Assembly (NCBI GenBank): GCA_016783545.1
Contig: JADHWJ010000004.1
Location: 27,513-91,512 of the forward strand
Direction: 5' to 3'
Source: Candidatus Aenigmatarchaeota archaeon
Lineage (GTDB): Archaea; Aenigmatarchaeota; Aenigmatarchaeia; QMZP01
DNA: 64,000 bases
The notes beneath the pieces are model-generated. The model ran no database searches. It was not told the origin of the DNA and worked only from the letters and a program-made list of their open reading frames with translations. Shown here piece by piece: positions 63,072 to 64,000 of this stretch (position 1 is its first letter; each line of letters begins with the position of its first letter). The position numbers were made by a program, and so were the translations under genes.

Positions 63072-63998
63072 ATGGATGAAAAGATTAAACAAAAATTAGA
63101 GAATCAGCAGTATAGAATAGTAGGTAATCATAGTGCTGTAAAAATTTGTAATTGGACTAAAAAATCTTTAATAGACAATGGTGAGTGTTATAAATCCAAA
63201 TTTTATTCAATACCAACACACCGCTGTTGCCAGATGACACCTTCAATGTTTTGCCCGAACAAATGCCAATTTTGCTGGAGATCAATTGAACATTTTAATG
63301 CAGTAAAACTTTCAAAGTCAGATGAACCAAAAGATATAGTTGATGGTTGTATAGAGGGTCAGAGACATCTTCTGAATGGGTTTCCTGGTAATACAGAAAT
63401 CAATATGGAAAAGTTCAAAGAAGCACAAGAACCAACAAACTTTGCTATCAGCTTATCGGGTGAACCAACTATCTATTCAAAACTAGATGGTTTGATAGAA
63501 GAGCTTAACAAAAGAAAAAAGTTTTCTTTTCTGGTTACAAACGGACAGTTTCCAGAAAGACTTGAAAAACTAGAATCCTTACCAACACAGCTATATGTTT
63601 CCTTGGATGCACCAACAAAAGAACTCTACCAAAAAATAGATAGACCAAGTCTCAAAGATTTCTGGGAAAGGTTCAACAAAACTCTGGAACTCCTTCCAAC
63701 ACTAGATACAAGAAAGGTTCTGAGACTAACAGCTGTCAAAGGTCTAAATATGACAAAGGTAGAAGAGTATGCCAAGCTCATAGAAAAAGCTAATGTAGAC
63801 TGGATTGAGATAAAGGCCTATATGTGGGTAGGTGAAAGTAGAAATCGTCTGAAAGAAGAGAACATGCCAACCCACAATGATATTCAAGAATTTTCAAAAC
63901 AAATCGCTGAAAAAATTGAAATGGATATAATAGACGAACAGAAAGAAAGTAGAGTCTGCCTTTTAGCTGAAAAAGATTCTAGGGAGAGATTCCTGTGA
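63072..63998 (+). CDS. taw1: tRNA 4-demethylwyosine synthase Taw1 (TYW1, radical SAM)
   Basis: HSAVKICNWTKKSL...CYK..FY.I..HRC.QMTPS..CPNKCQFCWR cluster motifs. SLSGEPT. Confidence 0.8.
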   Translation: MDEKIKQKLENQQYRIVGNHSAVKICNWTKKSLIDNGECYKSKFYSIPTHRCCQMTPSMFCPNKCQFCWRSIEHFNAVKLSKSDEPKDIVDGCIEGQRHLLNGFPGNTEINMEKFKEAQEPTNFAISLSGEPTIYSKLDGLIEELNKRKKFSFLVTNGQFPERLEKLESLPTQLYVSLDAPTKELYQKIDRPSLKDFWERFNKTLELLPTLDTRKVLRLTAVKGLNMTKVEEYAKLIEKANVDWIEIKAYMWVGESRNRLKEENMPTHNDIQEFSKQIAEKIEMDIIDEQKESRVCLLAEKDSRERFL

Positions 63999-64000
63999 AC

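Noticed and set aside
1-64000. Alternative genetic code, prompted by the odd aRF1 GGW motif.
   Set aside because: TAA, TAG and TGA all end motif-supported ORFs at the expected lengths. No long ORF requires read-through.

Overview
The window is a visibly AT-rich archaeal chromosomal segment. It uses the standard genetic code: TAA, TAG and TGA all terminate well-supported ORFs. Genes are tightly packed and the housekeeping order is scrambled, as is typical of small-genome (DPANN-like) archaea; that lineage call is an inference. Core genes recognised from sequence motifs are: thermosome, RFC small subunit, TFB, aRF1, aIF5A, Nop5, RpoF, RpoK, class I LysRS, ribosomal proteins L21e/S15/L18/L19e/S2, Pus10, Trm56, Taw1, ScpA/ScpB, CarS, Adk, Tmk, Fap7 and HtpX. 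Seven things stand out. (1) Between 16.2 and 26.1 kb lie six ATP-grasp ligases (two of them circularly permuted), a CofE-like ligase and two paralogous FGase-like amidohydrolases. A wHTH regulator and an SD-preceded 15-codon Cys-rich/polybasic micro-ORF sit at the borders. This is my best candidate for an undescribed ribosome-independent peptide or poly-amino-acid ligation and trimming system. (2) All eight tRNA genes carry introns, 1-3 each, at D-loop, anticodon-stem/loop, variable-region and T-arm positions. A structured ~70-nt intron module is shared between different positions of different tRNAs. A LAGLIDADG-like ORF is bracketed by a 16-nt duplication of the tRNA-Arg 5' end. (3) There is a type IV pilus locus with tandem pilin paralogs and a split platform protein, plus two modular pilin-adhesin fusions, one carrying a LamG-like domain. 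(4) A 135-aa mini-intein sits exactly in the GGQ motif of aRF1, and the predicted spliced product reads GGW. (5) A receptor-like protein combines FN3 repeats, a TM segment and a class III nucleotidyl cyclase domain. (6) Two invariant residues are substituted: the aIF5A hypusine Lys is Arg, and the Tmk Walker-A Lys is Asp. (7) A 53-bp tandem repeat lies between convergent genes. All functional calls rest on motif recognition by eye and none has been checked against a database.
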